NCBI RefSeq assembly: GCF_016806735.1
Contig: NZ_CP060530.1
Location: forward strand, 630,001-662,000
Source: Candidatus Micrarchaeum sp.
Lineage (GTDB): Archaea; Micrarchaeota; Micrarchaeia; Micrarchaeales; Micrarchaeaceae
Reading direction: 5' to 3'
Length of the DNA stretch: 32,000 nt
Part shown: positions 7,281 to 15,465 of the stretch, piece by piece
How the letters are laid out: each line of letters opens with the position of its first letter
Position numbering within the stretch: the first letter of the stretch is position 1
The notes under the pieces: generated by a model
Told to the model about the DNA's origin: nothing
The model's input: the letters and a program-made list of their open reading frames with translations, nothing else
The model's database searches: none
Program-made: the position numbers and the translations under genes

Positions 7281-8384
7281 TTAAGCTCCGTTTTTAGAAA
7301 TTGAGGTTATCGCATCCTTTATCTCTTCTATGGTTGCATCAGTCTTTACGCAGTTTTTTTCGAAATGCGTGATAGCTGCAACGTGGCCTGCTTCTTCAAG
7401 CTTTTTTGAAAGAGCCAGCTCGCTTATCGAAGGCAGGTGCATGAGCTTGGTGAGCTTTGGAATGCTGTAGTAAAATGGTATGTCTGGCTCCAGCGAAAGT
7501 GATTCCATGAACCGATATTCGCGCTTGTCTGAACCCATAACTTCTTCCATGCTCTTTGCAAGCCCTGGCCTTACGTCATCGCCGATTAGGCTCCCAAGCC
7601 ACATTCTTCCTGACGTCTCTATTTCTGAGCCGCATAGCGGGCAACGGCTTATGCCAGTGAAAGGGCCCTGCTCGCTGCCGATCCAGCCGCACTTTCGGCA
7701 CTTGTAGGCAAATCCAAGCTTTTTCACTGAAGAAAGGGCCGACTTGCTGCCCTTGATTAGCTTAACGATCGTACGCATGTAGTGCATGTACGAAAATGAA
7801 AGGCCTACTTCTATGCCGTAATTGAATTGTGCCGCGAGCCGGGCAAAAAAGCCTATCAATATCCTGATGCCGGCTTCATGCCCGAGCTCGTTGTGCATTG
7901 GCACCGAGTCGTATGTTTTTATGCACGCAGATAAATGCGCGCCGCATAGCACTGCCGTGTCTGTTGCAGTAAAAGCCACTATGCTGTTTTCGTGAGCTAC
8001 CTTTAGTATGTCGAACAGGTAGGGGGCTGGGCTGCCGAACGGATCCACATCTATCAGGTCAAATTTCCTGAGCGGCTCCCTGTTGCAGAACTCCTGCACG
8101 CTCGCATTCTCATATTTTGCATTTTTCACCGAATTTGATTCTACGTTAGACTTGAGGGATTCATAGGAACTCCTGTTTATCTCAAGCAGTACGGCTTCAT
8201 CAAGCCCGAGCTCTTTGCAATACCTTATTCCCCGTATGCCGGTTGCCGATGTAGCGTCCAAGGCGCTCTTTAGCCCTGGCTTAAGCTTGGCATATGCTAT
8301 GGTAGCATCGCGCGAAAGCTTTGCCTTCGGGTTTATGAAGGCCCTATCATCAGCTATTACGGCGCTGCCCTCAGTATAATTCAT
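7281..8384 (-). CDS. trm1: tRNA (guanine(26)-N2)-dimethyltransferase
   Basis: 367 aa. Motifs are FINPKAKLSRD, LDATSATGIRGIRY, IDVDPFGSPAPYL and a Cys cluster CRKCG...CPLCG. Confidence 0.9.
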   Translation of the reverse strand: MNYTEGSAVIADDRAFINPKAKLSRDATIAYAKLKPGLKSALDATSATGIRGIRYCKELGLDEAVLLEINRSSYESLKSNVESNSVKNAKYENASVQEFCNREPLRKFDLIDVDPFGSPAPYLFDILKVAHENSIVAFTATDTAVLCGAHLSACIKTYDSVPMHNELGHEAGIRILIGFFARLAAQFNYGIEVGLSFSYMHYMRTIVKLIKGSKSALSSVKKLGFAYKCRKCGWIGSEQGPFTGISRCPLCGSEIETSGRMWLGSLIGDDVRPGLAKSMEEVMGSDKREYRFMESLSLEPDIPFYYSIPKLTKLMHLPSISELALSKKLEEAGHVAAITHFEKNCVKTDATIEEIKDAITSISKNGA

Positions 8385-8623
8385 TTCAAACCCACCAGCG
8401 ACAGTATTGAGTCCATGAGGCCATGGGCATAGGATATGCAGGAGAATGCAGTCAGTATGTCACCCTTGTCCAAGTAGCTCTGCGCATCGGAAGCGTAGAG
8501 CTTGGCCATCTCCACGACTGAGGACATCTTCCCGTCCAGCTTTGTGCCGGAAAGAAGCTTTAGGCTGTCCCCAAACATGCTTATGTCCTTGAGCACCCTT
8601 TCTTTTGGTTCAGCTGCAGTCAA
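8381..8623 (-). CDS. DUF357-like small helical protein
   Basis: 80 aa. AKLYASDAQSYLDKGDILTAFSCISYAHGLMD matches my recollection of the archaeal DUF357 pattern. The TTG start is preceded by GGTGTTTAA. Its stop overlaps the trm1 start as ATGA at 8381-8384. Confidence 0.6.
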   Translation of the reverse strand: MTAAEPKERVLKDISMFGDSLKLLSGTKLDGKMSSVVEMAKLYASDAQSYLDKGDILTAFSCISYAHGLMDSILSLVGLK

Positions 8624-8690
8624 TTAAACACCGATTGTGATTTGCAAGATAGATAAGAATTTATATCTTTAAGAGCTTTTAGTAGTACTG

Positions 8691-9347
8691 TTGAAAAGTG
8701 ATCTTATGGCCGAAGACGCTAATGATGTTCCATGGAGCGAGAATACGAATGACCTTATAGAAAGCCTGGCTCCCGTAATAAACGACAAATACGGGATAGC
8801 GCTCAAGGACATATTGATAAACCCCGCATTTTACGTATCCAAAAAGGATATAGAAACCACGTTCAGCAGCATCCGCAACGAAGTCGACGATTACGTCGAG
8901 ACCACAATGAAGGGCTTGGAAGACGAAAAAAAGAACTTCGAAAAGGATGGACTGAAATGCGATGCGGTAAGCAAGCAGCTCACACAGAGCATTACAATGC
9001 TTGCCAAGCAGAACAACATACCAGTAATAAAGCCCGTTAGCATTGACAGGAACGTAGACAACGAGGAAGTTATTTATGTGAACAACATAGACAGCGGCTT
9101 GACGGCGCTGATAACAAAGCTTGCCTCTGCATCAAGCTTCATTGCCGACTTCTCCACCACCTACAAGACGTACAGCCTTGGGCAGTGGCTTTTTGACGGG
9201 CATAAGAACTACGTCATAAACGTATCCCTCGAGCAGAACAGCTATATGGATTTGGACCAAGCCAGGGATGAGCTCAAGGTTATAATGGATGGCATCGATG
9301 CTTATTTCAAGGGCCAGGGTAGCGCTGATGAAGGGCAGAAAAACTGA
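8691..9347 (+). CDS. hypothetical acidic protein
   Basis: 218-aa ORF with no recognisable motif and protein-like composition. Start is TTG 8691 or ATG 8706. Confidence 0.55.
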   Translation: MKSDLMAEDANDVPWSENTNDLIESLAPVINDKYGIALKDILINPAFYVSKKDIETTFSSIRNEVDDYVETTMKGLEDEKKNFEKDGLKCDAVSKQLTQSITMLAKQNNIPVIKPVSIDRNVDNEEVIYVNNIDSGLTALITKLASASSFIADFSTTYKTYSLGQWLFDGHKNYVINVSLEQNSYMDLDQARDELKVIMDGIDAYFKGQGSADEGQKN

Positions 9348-9927
9348 TGCGCTCGTCATAGGCATTACCGGAACCCCTGGAGTTGGTAAAAGCTACTTCT
9401 CCAAAAAGCTTTTTGATAAACTGCGTTCAGCAGGGATAGCCGCAAAAATAATAGAAATAAACGACGTCGTCAATTCGGAGAACGCTTATGGCGAAATTGA
9501 CGAATTAGGGTCTAAAATAATCAAGCCCGATGTGCTAAGGCGTTCCATGAAGAAAGCAGTAAGAAAAGATAAAATTTGCATAGTCGTAGGGCACCTTTTG
9601 CCTGAAACTGGGCTTAGGCCTAAGATATGCATAGTTCTAAGGCAGAGCCTGCATGTGCTGGAAAAGCGCATGGAAGGAAGGCGCTACGCGAAGGCTAAAA
9701 TACGGGAAAATCTTCTTGCGGAAGCGTATGACGACATAGGAGTTAGGATGAAGGGCAAGTGCGACGAGCTCTTCGAGGCCGAAAGCGACGAAGAAAGGGA
9801 GCGCCTCATGCGTTATCTGATTGCCGTGGCTTCCGGAACGAAATCCAAAAAGCCCAAATCCAGGGAGATAGACAAGTTCGCAGAACTGGAAAGGCTAATA
9901 CTTGACGGAAACAGGCTGGGATTCTGA
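9328..9927 (+). CDS. P-loop kinase, adenylate kinase 6 / Fap7-like
   Basis: MKGRKTDALVIGITGTPGVGKSYF carries a Walker A motif at the N-terminus. At ~199 aa the size fits Fap7-type NTPases. I chose ATG 9328 over the track start 9289. It overlaps the upstream ORF by 20 nt. Confidence 0.7.
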   Translation: MKGRKTDALVIGITGTPGVGKSYFSKKLFDKLRSAGIAAKIIEINDVVNSENAYGEIDELGSKIIKPDVLRRSMKKAVRKDKICIVVGHLLPETGLRPKICIVLRQSLHVLEKRMEGRRYAKAKIRENLLAEAYDDIGVRMKGKCDELFEAESDEERERLMRYLIAVASGTKSKKPKSREIDKFAELERLILDGNRLGF

Positions 9928-9930
9928 CCT

Positions 9931-11319
9931 TCATATGTTGAGCCTTTCTGCAATTCCGTGATATACGACAAGGGCGTATTGCACGGGAATGTTTTTCGAA
10001 TAGAGCTTGCACTGGCTCTTTTTTATGTCCTTGGTAAAAAGGAACTTCTTGTCGGAGATGATCTTTGAAAGCATGTCATTCACGTCTATGTATTTTGGCT
10101 TTTCCAATGCGACTAGCCTTGTGCCATCTACGCTAATCTTCATCTGACCGCCATGTTTTCTTATAAATTCGTCAGCGGCAACCCTTATGGTAACGTCAGG
10201 GCCCATTATCCTCCTTATTCCAAGCTTCTGCATATTGTGCAGGATGGCTATCGTCCCCATGCCCGATTCTATCCTTGAAAACGAAATGGTTATGTTCAAG
10301 CCGTTCGTGTCTGCTTCGTGCTCTATCCTGTTTTTCAGTTTTTCAAGCTGCGGCCATAGGGTATCTTCGGATATGTTGCTTAGCTTGAAGCACAGGGCAT
10401 CAAGCTGCAGCCCGCTGGCTTTTACGAACTTGGACAGCTGCGATGCCTTTTTGTCATCAGAATATTTGAACCCGTAGAACGCGCTTTCGGAAGGGTTTGA
10501 CAGCAAATTCCTTGCCAGGAGCATCAGCCTGGAGATAGATTCCGAGGATACGCTGGCAGCCACATTCCTGTTTTGATCCGTCGGGTCTATGACTATGAGC
10601 GGGGAGTTGAATCTTCTCTGCTCCTCCTTCGGTACTGAAGCTCCGGAGAGCTCAATATTTGCCTTTACGTCTATAAACAATGGAAGTTTCGATGATGAAA
10701 TGCCCTCCAGAAGCGCGAGCATGCTTTTGTAATGCGCCATCAGCAGCTCGCACAGATAGCCTGAGAATGCGTGCCTGCTTGATTCCGCACCGTATATGTT
10801 GTGGCGTTGGAGCAGGTATTTTAAGATCCTTACTTCATCCTTCTGCCTGTCATTCAGGTTTTCCAGCACGAAGATATTATGGAGCTGCGTGCGGTCCACA
10901 GAGCTGCCCCTCTCGCTGGAGTCCCTGATTTTGAATGCCGGAACTATGTCAGCATATATGCCCCTTTTCTCATTCTTGAGCTTCAGGTATGGGTGCTCTG
11001 CATAGTTTATTTCGTAGCTCTCCCCGCGGCTTTTCAGTACTGCCTTCTTGGCAAGCTTTATGGCGTCTTCTTCCATCTTCCGCTCTTCGAGATATTTCGG
11101 AAATAGCAGGAATATGTCTATGTCTGATTTTCCCCTTATCTGGGTGCCGCGAGCCACAGAGCCGGCCAGTATTATCTCTACATCCTTCGGCATTACCGCT
11201 TTGAGCCTGCCCATGAGCTCATTTGAATATTCGTTGAGGTCATCTATTTCGCTTTTGGTAGGGACTATATCCTTGAGTATCCTGCCAAAAAGAGTTTCCA
11301 GCGATGCTTTATTAACCAT
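9931..11319 (-). CDS. cca: CCA-adding enzyme, archaeal class I tRNA nucleotidyltransferase
   Basis: 462 aa. It has GSVARGTQIRGKSDIDIFLLF (the GS...DxD pol-beta NTase motif) and the typical archaeal Cca length and layout. Confidence 0.9.
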   Translation of the reverse strand: MVNKASLETLFGRILKDIVPTKSEIDDLNEYSNELMGRLKAVMPKDVEIILAGSVARGTQIRGKSDIDIFLLFPKYLEERKMEEDAIKLAKKAVLKSRGESYEINYAEHPYLKLKNEKRGIYADIVPAFKIRDSSERGSSVDRTQLHNIFVLENLNDRQKDEVRILKYLLQRHNIYGAESSRHAFSGYLCELLMAHYKSMLALLEGISSSKLPLFIDVKANIELSGASVPKEEQRRFNSPLIVIDPTDQNRNVAASVSSESISRLMLLARNLLSNPSESAFYGFKYSDDKKASQLSKFVKASGLQLDALCFKLSNISEDTLWPQLEKLKNRIEHEADTNGLNITISFSRIESGMGTIAILHNMQKLGIRRIMGPDVTIRVAADEFIRKHGGQMKISVDGTRLVALEKPKYIDVNDMLSKIISDKKFLFTKDIKKSQCKLYSKNIPVQYALVVYHGIAERLNI

Positions 11320-11365
11320 AGAACCGGTATAATATTGCAGCGATGGATTAAATTTTTATGCACTG

Positions 11366-12166
11366 TTGATGAAAATGGCGTTTTCAGCTATAAAAAGCAT
11401 AGGCTTGATGTTCGGAAGAGGAAACGTTGAGAAAAAGTCCAGGGCCCTGAGCCGGAAGGCCACAGCCCTGGAGGAAGGCATCGACAAAGAGATTGAATAT
11501 ATCTTTCCAGGAAGTGAAGATGACAAGGACATAAAAAAGTATTTCTCCGCGCTTGGCATAAAGCCAACCTCAGACAAGACTAAGATAAGAAGTGCATATA
11601 TAAGCAGGGCGAAGGAGTACCACCCAGACATAAGCAGGGAGGAAAATGCAGAAGAAATGATGAAGCTGGTGAACGAAGCTTATTCGGCCCTGAGCGAAAA
11701 GAGCCTCGGAGTTGACAATTTGCGCGACGAGAAGAAGAGCGTTGCCGCGATGGAGAAGCTGGCGCTGGAGCTGTACGTCAAGCTCAGGAATTCCGATTAC
11801 GACAAAATGGTCGGCATTGCCAGAAGGGGAGTAACAAAGCAGGAATTCAGCGCAATCGTAGCAGACTTCTGCGATTGGAACAAGAGGTTCAGCAGGGTAG
11901 AAAAAGCGATAACGGGAAGGCTTGACAAAAGGCTCAAGGCGCTCGAGAGGCACAAGCAGAAATGTGTTGGCTTCGAGCAAAAGATAAGCAGGGATAACCT
12001 TGATGCAATGGCTTCGGCCAACAGGTGCATAAGCGGCATAAACGAGTCCTTGAGGAAAGGCTACACCGTAAGGTCGTATGCAGATATTGCATTTGCCAAT
12101 GCCAGGGAAAGGATAATGCCGATAGAGCAAAAGCAGAAGGAAATCCTTTACAAGAGCATAAGATGA
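11366..12166 (+). CDS. J-domain protein, non-canonical architecture
   Basis: YFSALGIKPTSDKTKIRSAYISRAKEYHPDISREENAEEMMKLVNEAYSALSEK contains the HPD tripeptide. There is no Gly/Phe region and no CxxCxGxG zinc-finger repeats. The C-terminal ~150 aa look helical. The start is uncertain (TTG 11366 or ATG 11369). Confidence 0.8.
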   Translation: MMKMAFSAIKSIGLMFGRGNVEKKSRALSRKATALEEGIDKEIEYIFPGSEDDKDIKKYFSALGIKPTSDKTKIRSAYISRAKEYHPDISREENAEEMMKLVNEAYSALSEKSLGVDNLRDEKKSVAAMEKLALELYVKLRNSDYDKMVGIARRGVTKQEFSAIVADFCDWNKRFSRVEKAITGRLDKRLKALERHKQKCVGFEQKISRDNLDAMASANRCISGINESLRKGYTVRSYADIAFANARERIMPIEQKQKEILYKSIR

Positions 12167-12216
12167 TTCGGAAAGTTTTTTATTATGCAGATATAAATAA
12201 TTGCAGCTTTATTTAA

Positions 12217-12288
12217 GGGCTCTTGGCTCAGTAGTAGAGCACCTCGTTCGCAACGAGGGGGTCGCGGGTGCGAATCCCGCAGAGTCCA
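12217..12288 (+). tRNA. tRNA-Ala (anticodon CGC), 72 nt, no encoded CCA, atypical D- and T-loops
   Basis: Sequence is GGGCTCTTGGCTCAGTAGTAGAGCACCTCGTTCGCAACGAGGGGGTCGCGGGTGCGAATCCCGCAGAGTCCA. The G3:T70 pair (Ala identity element) is present. The anticodon stem is CCTCG/CGAGG with loop TTCGCAA. The D-stem is GCTC/GAGC. The T-arm is GCGGG-TGCGAAT-CCCGC. Confidence 0.85.
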
Positions 12289-12303
12289 TAAATTTTTATG
12301 CAA

Positions 12304-13104
12304 TCATTTCCTGAGTTCCCTGCCGTGGAGCTTTAGCTCAACGTCCATATCTCCTGAAAAGTCATCATCTGCAGGAAGCGAAAGCATGTATTGCCTGAAT
12401 CCCTTTAGCTCTGACAGTATGCTTCTTGCCTCGTCAACGTGTTTGTTTGTATTTGTTTCTATATAATTTTTCTTTGATTCGAGCCAATCTTCTAATTTTT
12501 CGAACTTTATGGAGCCAAAGTCTGAAAGCTCCTTCATTATGAACATGGCCTGCATTGTTTGAACCTGCCTGGAATCTTCGCCGTCCCTGACTGCATGTGC
12601 ATATTCCTGGTGTTTTGAATAAAACTCTTTTCGCGAATTCTTGAGTACCTGTATATCGCGTCGCAGGTATTTCAGCATGCGGCCCTTTAGCATCTCGTCC
12701 TTTTCCTCGTTGGCTTTTTTGTATTCTTCATAATAATCGTAGTTGGAAAAAAGCTCTCCGGCATGGCTATCGACTATGGCATTTATGTAGTTGTCTGCAA
12801 GGCGCCTTATTTCTGCGGTGCTGGAATCGTAAATCAGCTTGTACAATGAGTTTATCGTGCTAAGAAGTTTGGATCCGTATCGCTCTATCTTTTCCAGGTA
12901 TACTGCCGGCTCGTACATGAAGTCTTCGTTATAGTTCTCCAGCGATTTCAACGAAGTAATCAAAGACCTTATTCCAGACACTGAAGTCTTGAATTCCTGG
13001 CTTGCAGAAGCCTTTAGTTCGCCTATAGCTTTTTCCGCGTATTCAAAGCGCATATCGCGCGCTTTCGCTGAATAAAGGTTTTCATGAGTTTTTACAGTTC
13101 CCAC
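12304..13104 (-). CDS. hypothetical helical protein
   Basis: 266-aa ORF rich in E, K, L and Y, probably all-alpha or coiled coil. GTG start lies inside GGGTGGG. No recognisable family. Confidence 0.55.
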   Translation of the reverse strand: MGTVKTHENLYSAKARDMRFEYAEKAIGELKASASQEFKTSVSGIRSLITSLKSLENYNEDFMYEPAVYLEKIERYGSKLLSTINSLYKLIYDSSTAEIRRLADNYINAIVDSHAGELFSNYDYYEEYKKANEEKDEMLKGRMLKYLRRDIQVLKNSRKEFYSKHQEYAHAVRDGEDSRQVQTMQAMFIMKELSDFGSIKFEKLEDWLESKKNYIETNTNKHVDEARSILSELKGFRQYMLSLPADDDFSGDMDVELKLHGRELRK

Positions 13105-13227
13105 CCTATCGCCTAAAAAGTTTTTGAACGTATTTTGTTTTTAAAGCTTTTGTATAAATTTTATAAAGAATCAGAATTGTTAGTTAGATTTAAGTATTAT
13201 TGCAGCAGTTTTATCTTTGGTGATTCT

Positions 13228-13716
13228 TTGGAAATTACCTCAAAAAGCAACAATGCGATTGAAACTGCGCTTGACAGGATAAGAGATAACGAGGATAAAG
13301 TAATAAAAGCACATTCGTTTTTTTACAAGATACTCAGAAAAGCCAATGCATATGACGAGAACAGCATAGCAAAGGGCCTTCTCGATGATTTTATGGCAAT
13401 ACGCGAAAATCGCGAAGCCGAATTTGAATACGCAAGCAGAAACATGCTGGACCCTGCAAAGCAATTTGAGCTCAACAAGCTTGACAAGCTTTATGGCAAG
13501 GAGTACTCTGCAAATATTTTCAGGTTGGAAAGTTCAGGGGAGAGCATAAATCAATTCCAGAACAGCCCATATACGGGAAACTTTCCCGGACAAACGATAT
13601 ATGTGTGCAAACACGTGCCTCATACGGAATCAAATATAGAAAAGGCAGACAAAGTTGTTGGAATTGCAATAGAAGCATTGTTGGAAAAGCTTAAGCTCAA
13701 AAAAGAACTTTTATAA
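13228..13716 (+). CDS. hypothetical protein, start revised
   Basis: The track ORF begins at 13135, but GGTGAT (13219-13224) lies 5 nt before an in-frame TTG at 13228. The region 13105-13227 is AT-rich and promoter-like. This gives ~162 aa, MEITSKSNNAIETALDRIRDNEDK... Confidence 0.5.
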   Translation: MEITSKSNNAIETALDRIRDNEDKVIKAHSFFYKILRKANAYDENSIAKGLLDDFMAIRENREAEFEYASRNMLDPAKQFELNKLDKLYGKEYSANIFRLESSGESINQFQNSPYTGNFPGQTIYVCKHVPHTESNIEKADKVVGIAIEALLEKLKLKKELL

Positions 13717-13736
13717 TACTTAAACTCCATTGCTAG

Positions 13737-14156
13737 ATGAGCATGATGAACGGCAGTGACATAATAGTAGAAGACGCAATGACAAAGGATGTAGTCATAG
13801 CCAAGCCTAACGATTTGGTATCCAACATAGCAAAGCTTATGTCTGAGAAAGAGATAGGGTCGGTAATAGTTGTTGACGAAAACATGTATCCCCTCGGAAT
13901 AGTTACTGAGGGAGACATAGTCAGGAACGTGATAGCGGAAGACAAAGACCCAAAAACAACGGTTGCAAAAGATGTAATGACAACACCGGTCATAACAATA
14001 ACCGATGATATAGAGCTTTCTTCCGCCGCCAGGCTTATGGCAGTCAAGCACATAAAAAAGCTCTGCATAGTCAGCCTTGATGGAAAACTTAAGGGAATAA
14101 TGACAGAAGGAGACGTAATAAAGCATGCAGGATATCTTATAAATCTGTTTAGATGA
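13737..14156 (+). CDS. CBS-domain pair protein
   Basis: 139 aa with two CBS repeats: VEDAMTKDVVIAKPNDLV...GSVIVVDEN..PLGIVTEGDI and AKDVMTTPVITITDD...KLCIVSLDGKLKGIMTEGDV. Confidence 0.85.
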   Translation: MSMMNGSDIIVEDAMTKDVVIAKPNDLVSNIAKLMSEKEIGSVIVVDENMYPLGIVTEGDIVRNVIAEDKDPKTTVAKDVMTTPVITITDDIELSSAARLMAVKHIKKLCIVSLDGKLKGIMTEGDVIKHAGYLINLFR

Positions 14157-14270
14157 AGAATTTTTGTTAGCACAGCATAAGCAATCCTGCAGCCTTGCGC
14201 ATTGCGCTGTTTTCATTTTGTGATGGCTTCGCACTCAAAAAAAGGCTTAATAATTCTTTGAGACAAAGAG

Positions 14271-15464
14271 GTGCGAGGTGTTGTTTTGCCAAGTATTATT
14301 TCAGAACTGGAAGAGACAGGTTTCAAGATACCCGATTTTAGAAATAGCAATCTTTCCCTGATGAAGGAGTTCGCAGAAGGACGTGGAAGGCATCTTAAAA
14401 GCGGGAAAAAAAGAGTCGTACTTATAATTGACGGGCTAGGCTATGATACCCTAGAAAAAGCCGCGAAGTCAGACAAAAAGCTTTCCGACTTTATAGGAAG
14501 AAACGGCCTGGAAAAGGCAAGCACAATGTTTCCTTCTTTTACTCCCTCCGTAATCATAAGCTTGAATTCAGGCAAATATGTTTCGGAACACGGAATAGTC
14601 GGGGACTTTTTTTCGAAGGACTATGGCACCATGATAAACCCGTTCAGGCTTTCCTGGATGCCATCAAGTGATGAGATAAAGGGGCTGGCACCTATGCTCA
14701 TGCCCAGGCCTTCTCTCCTGGAAAGGATACGCCTCAAAAAAAGATTTGTATATTTGATGAGAGATCAGGTCCTGGAAAAAGAGATGCGCAGCGCTTTCTG
14801 CAGCGGCGTCAGGTACGTGCCGCACACCGGAAATGAAGACCTTTTCGTAGGCATAGAAGCACTGCTGAAAAAGGGCGACTTTGATTTCGCATATGCTTAT
14901 ACCGATGCGCTGGATCATTTCAGCCACAGGTATTCCAAGAGCGGAAACGAAACCGTAAGATTGGTTGCAAGGCTTTTCAGGGACATAATGGAGCTTGAAG
15001 AAAAGCTCAGGAAATCAAATACCGAGCTCTTCATCTTTTCCGACCATGGGCAGATAGTTGTCGACAGCAGGCTTAAGACCAATGTGTGGTGGGACGACGA
15101 GCTCATGAAATTTCTCGAGATGCCGGTTTTCGGCAACGGAAGGAGCTTTAACATGAAGATAGCCGATGGAAAGGAAAAGGGCTTCGAAGATTATTTCGAA
15201 AGAAAATACTCGAAGAAAGCTGTGCTTTTCGATACGGACGAATTGATAAAGGCAGGAATATTCGGAAGCAAGAATGTTTCCGAATTCGCCAGATACAACC
15301 TTGCTGACAAGACAGGCATCGCGCTGGGCAACAACACGTTCAGCTTCAACGACTACAACAGGAGCAAAGGAAAGGCATCCAATCCGCGCATGAGCGAGAA
15401 CAGGGGAACGCATGGAGGCATGAGCCCCGAAGAGATGGAGATACCTATACTAAAGGTAGGTTAA
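14271..15464 (+). CDS. alkaline-phosphatase superfamily protein (type I phosphodiesterase / nucleotide pyrophosphatase-like)
   Basis: The metal and nucleophile motifs are in canonical order: IIDGLGYD, FPSFTPSV, DALDHFSH, FSDHGQ. The likely true start is TTG 14286, since GAGGTG at 14275-14280 lies 5 nt upstream. Confidence 0.75.
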   Translation: MRGVVLPSIISELEETGFKIPDFRNSNLSLMKEFAEGRGRHLKSGKKRVVLIIDGLGYDTLEKAAKSDKKLSDFIGRNGLEKASTMFPSFTPSVIISLNSGKYVSEHGIVGDFFSKDYGTMINPFRLSWMPSSDEIKGLAPMLMPRPSLLERIRLKKRFVYLMRDQVLEKEMRSAFCSGVRYVPHTGNEDLFVGIEALLKKGDFDFAYAYTDALDHFSHRYSKSGNETVRLVARLFRDIMELEEKLRKSNTELFIFSDHGQIVVDSRLKTNVWWDDELMKFLEMPVFGNGRSFNMKIADGKEKGFEDYFERKYSKKAVLFDTDELIKAGIFGSKNVSEFARYNLADKTGIALGNNTFSFNDYNRSKGKASNPRMSENRGTHGGMSPEEMEIPILKVG

Positions 15465-15465
15465 C

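Noticed and set aside
11350-12302. The 14-nt direct repeat TAAATTTTTATGCA occurs at 11350-11363 and 12289-12302. It brackets the J-domain gene plus tRNA-Ala, which could suggest an att site or target duplication of an element inserted next to a tRNA.
   Set aside because: By my rough estimate, a 14-mer of this AT-rich composition should recur by chance once or more in 32 kb. One copy is a TATA-like promoter and the other a T-run terminator. No integrase or other mobile gene lies between them, and the repeat does not include the tRNA 3' end.
13620-14234. A 204-aa ORF lies antisense to the CBS-domain gene. Similar long antisense ORFs occur at 26653..27213, 11570..12130, 4392..4892, 3964..4374 and 24236..24577.
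   Set aside because: The translations are low-complexity or rich in Cys, Tyr, Ser and Leu, with no motifs. Each lies entirely opposite a gene with clear family signatures. They are typical shadow ORFs.
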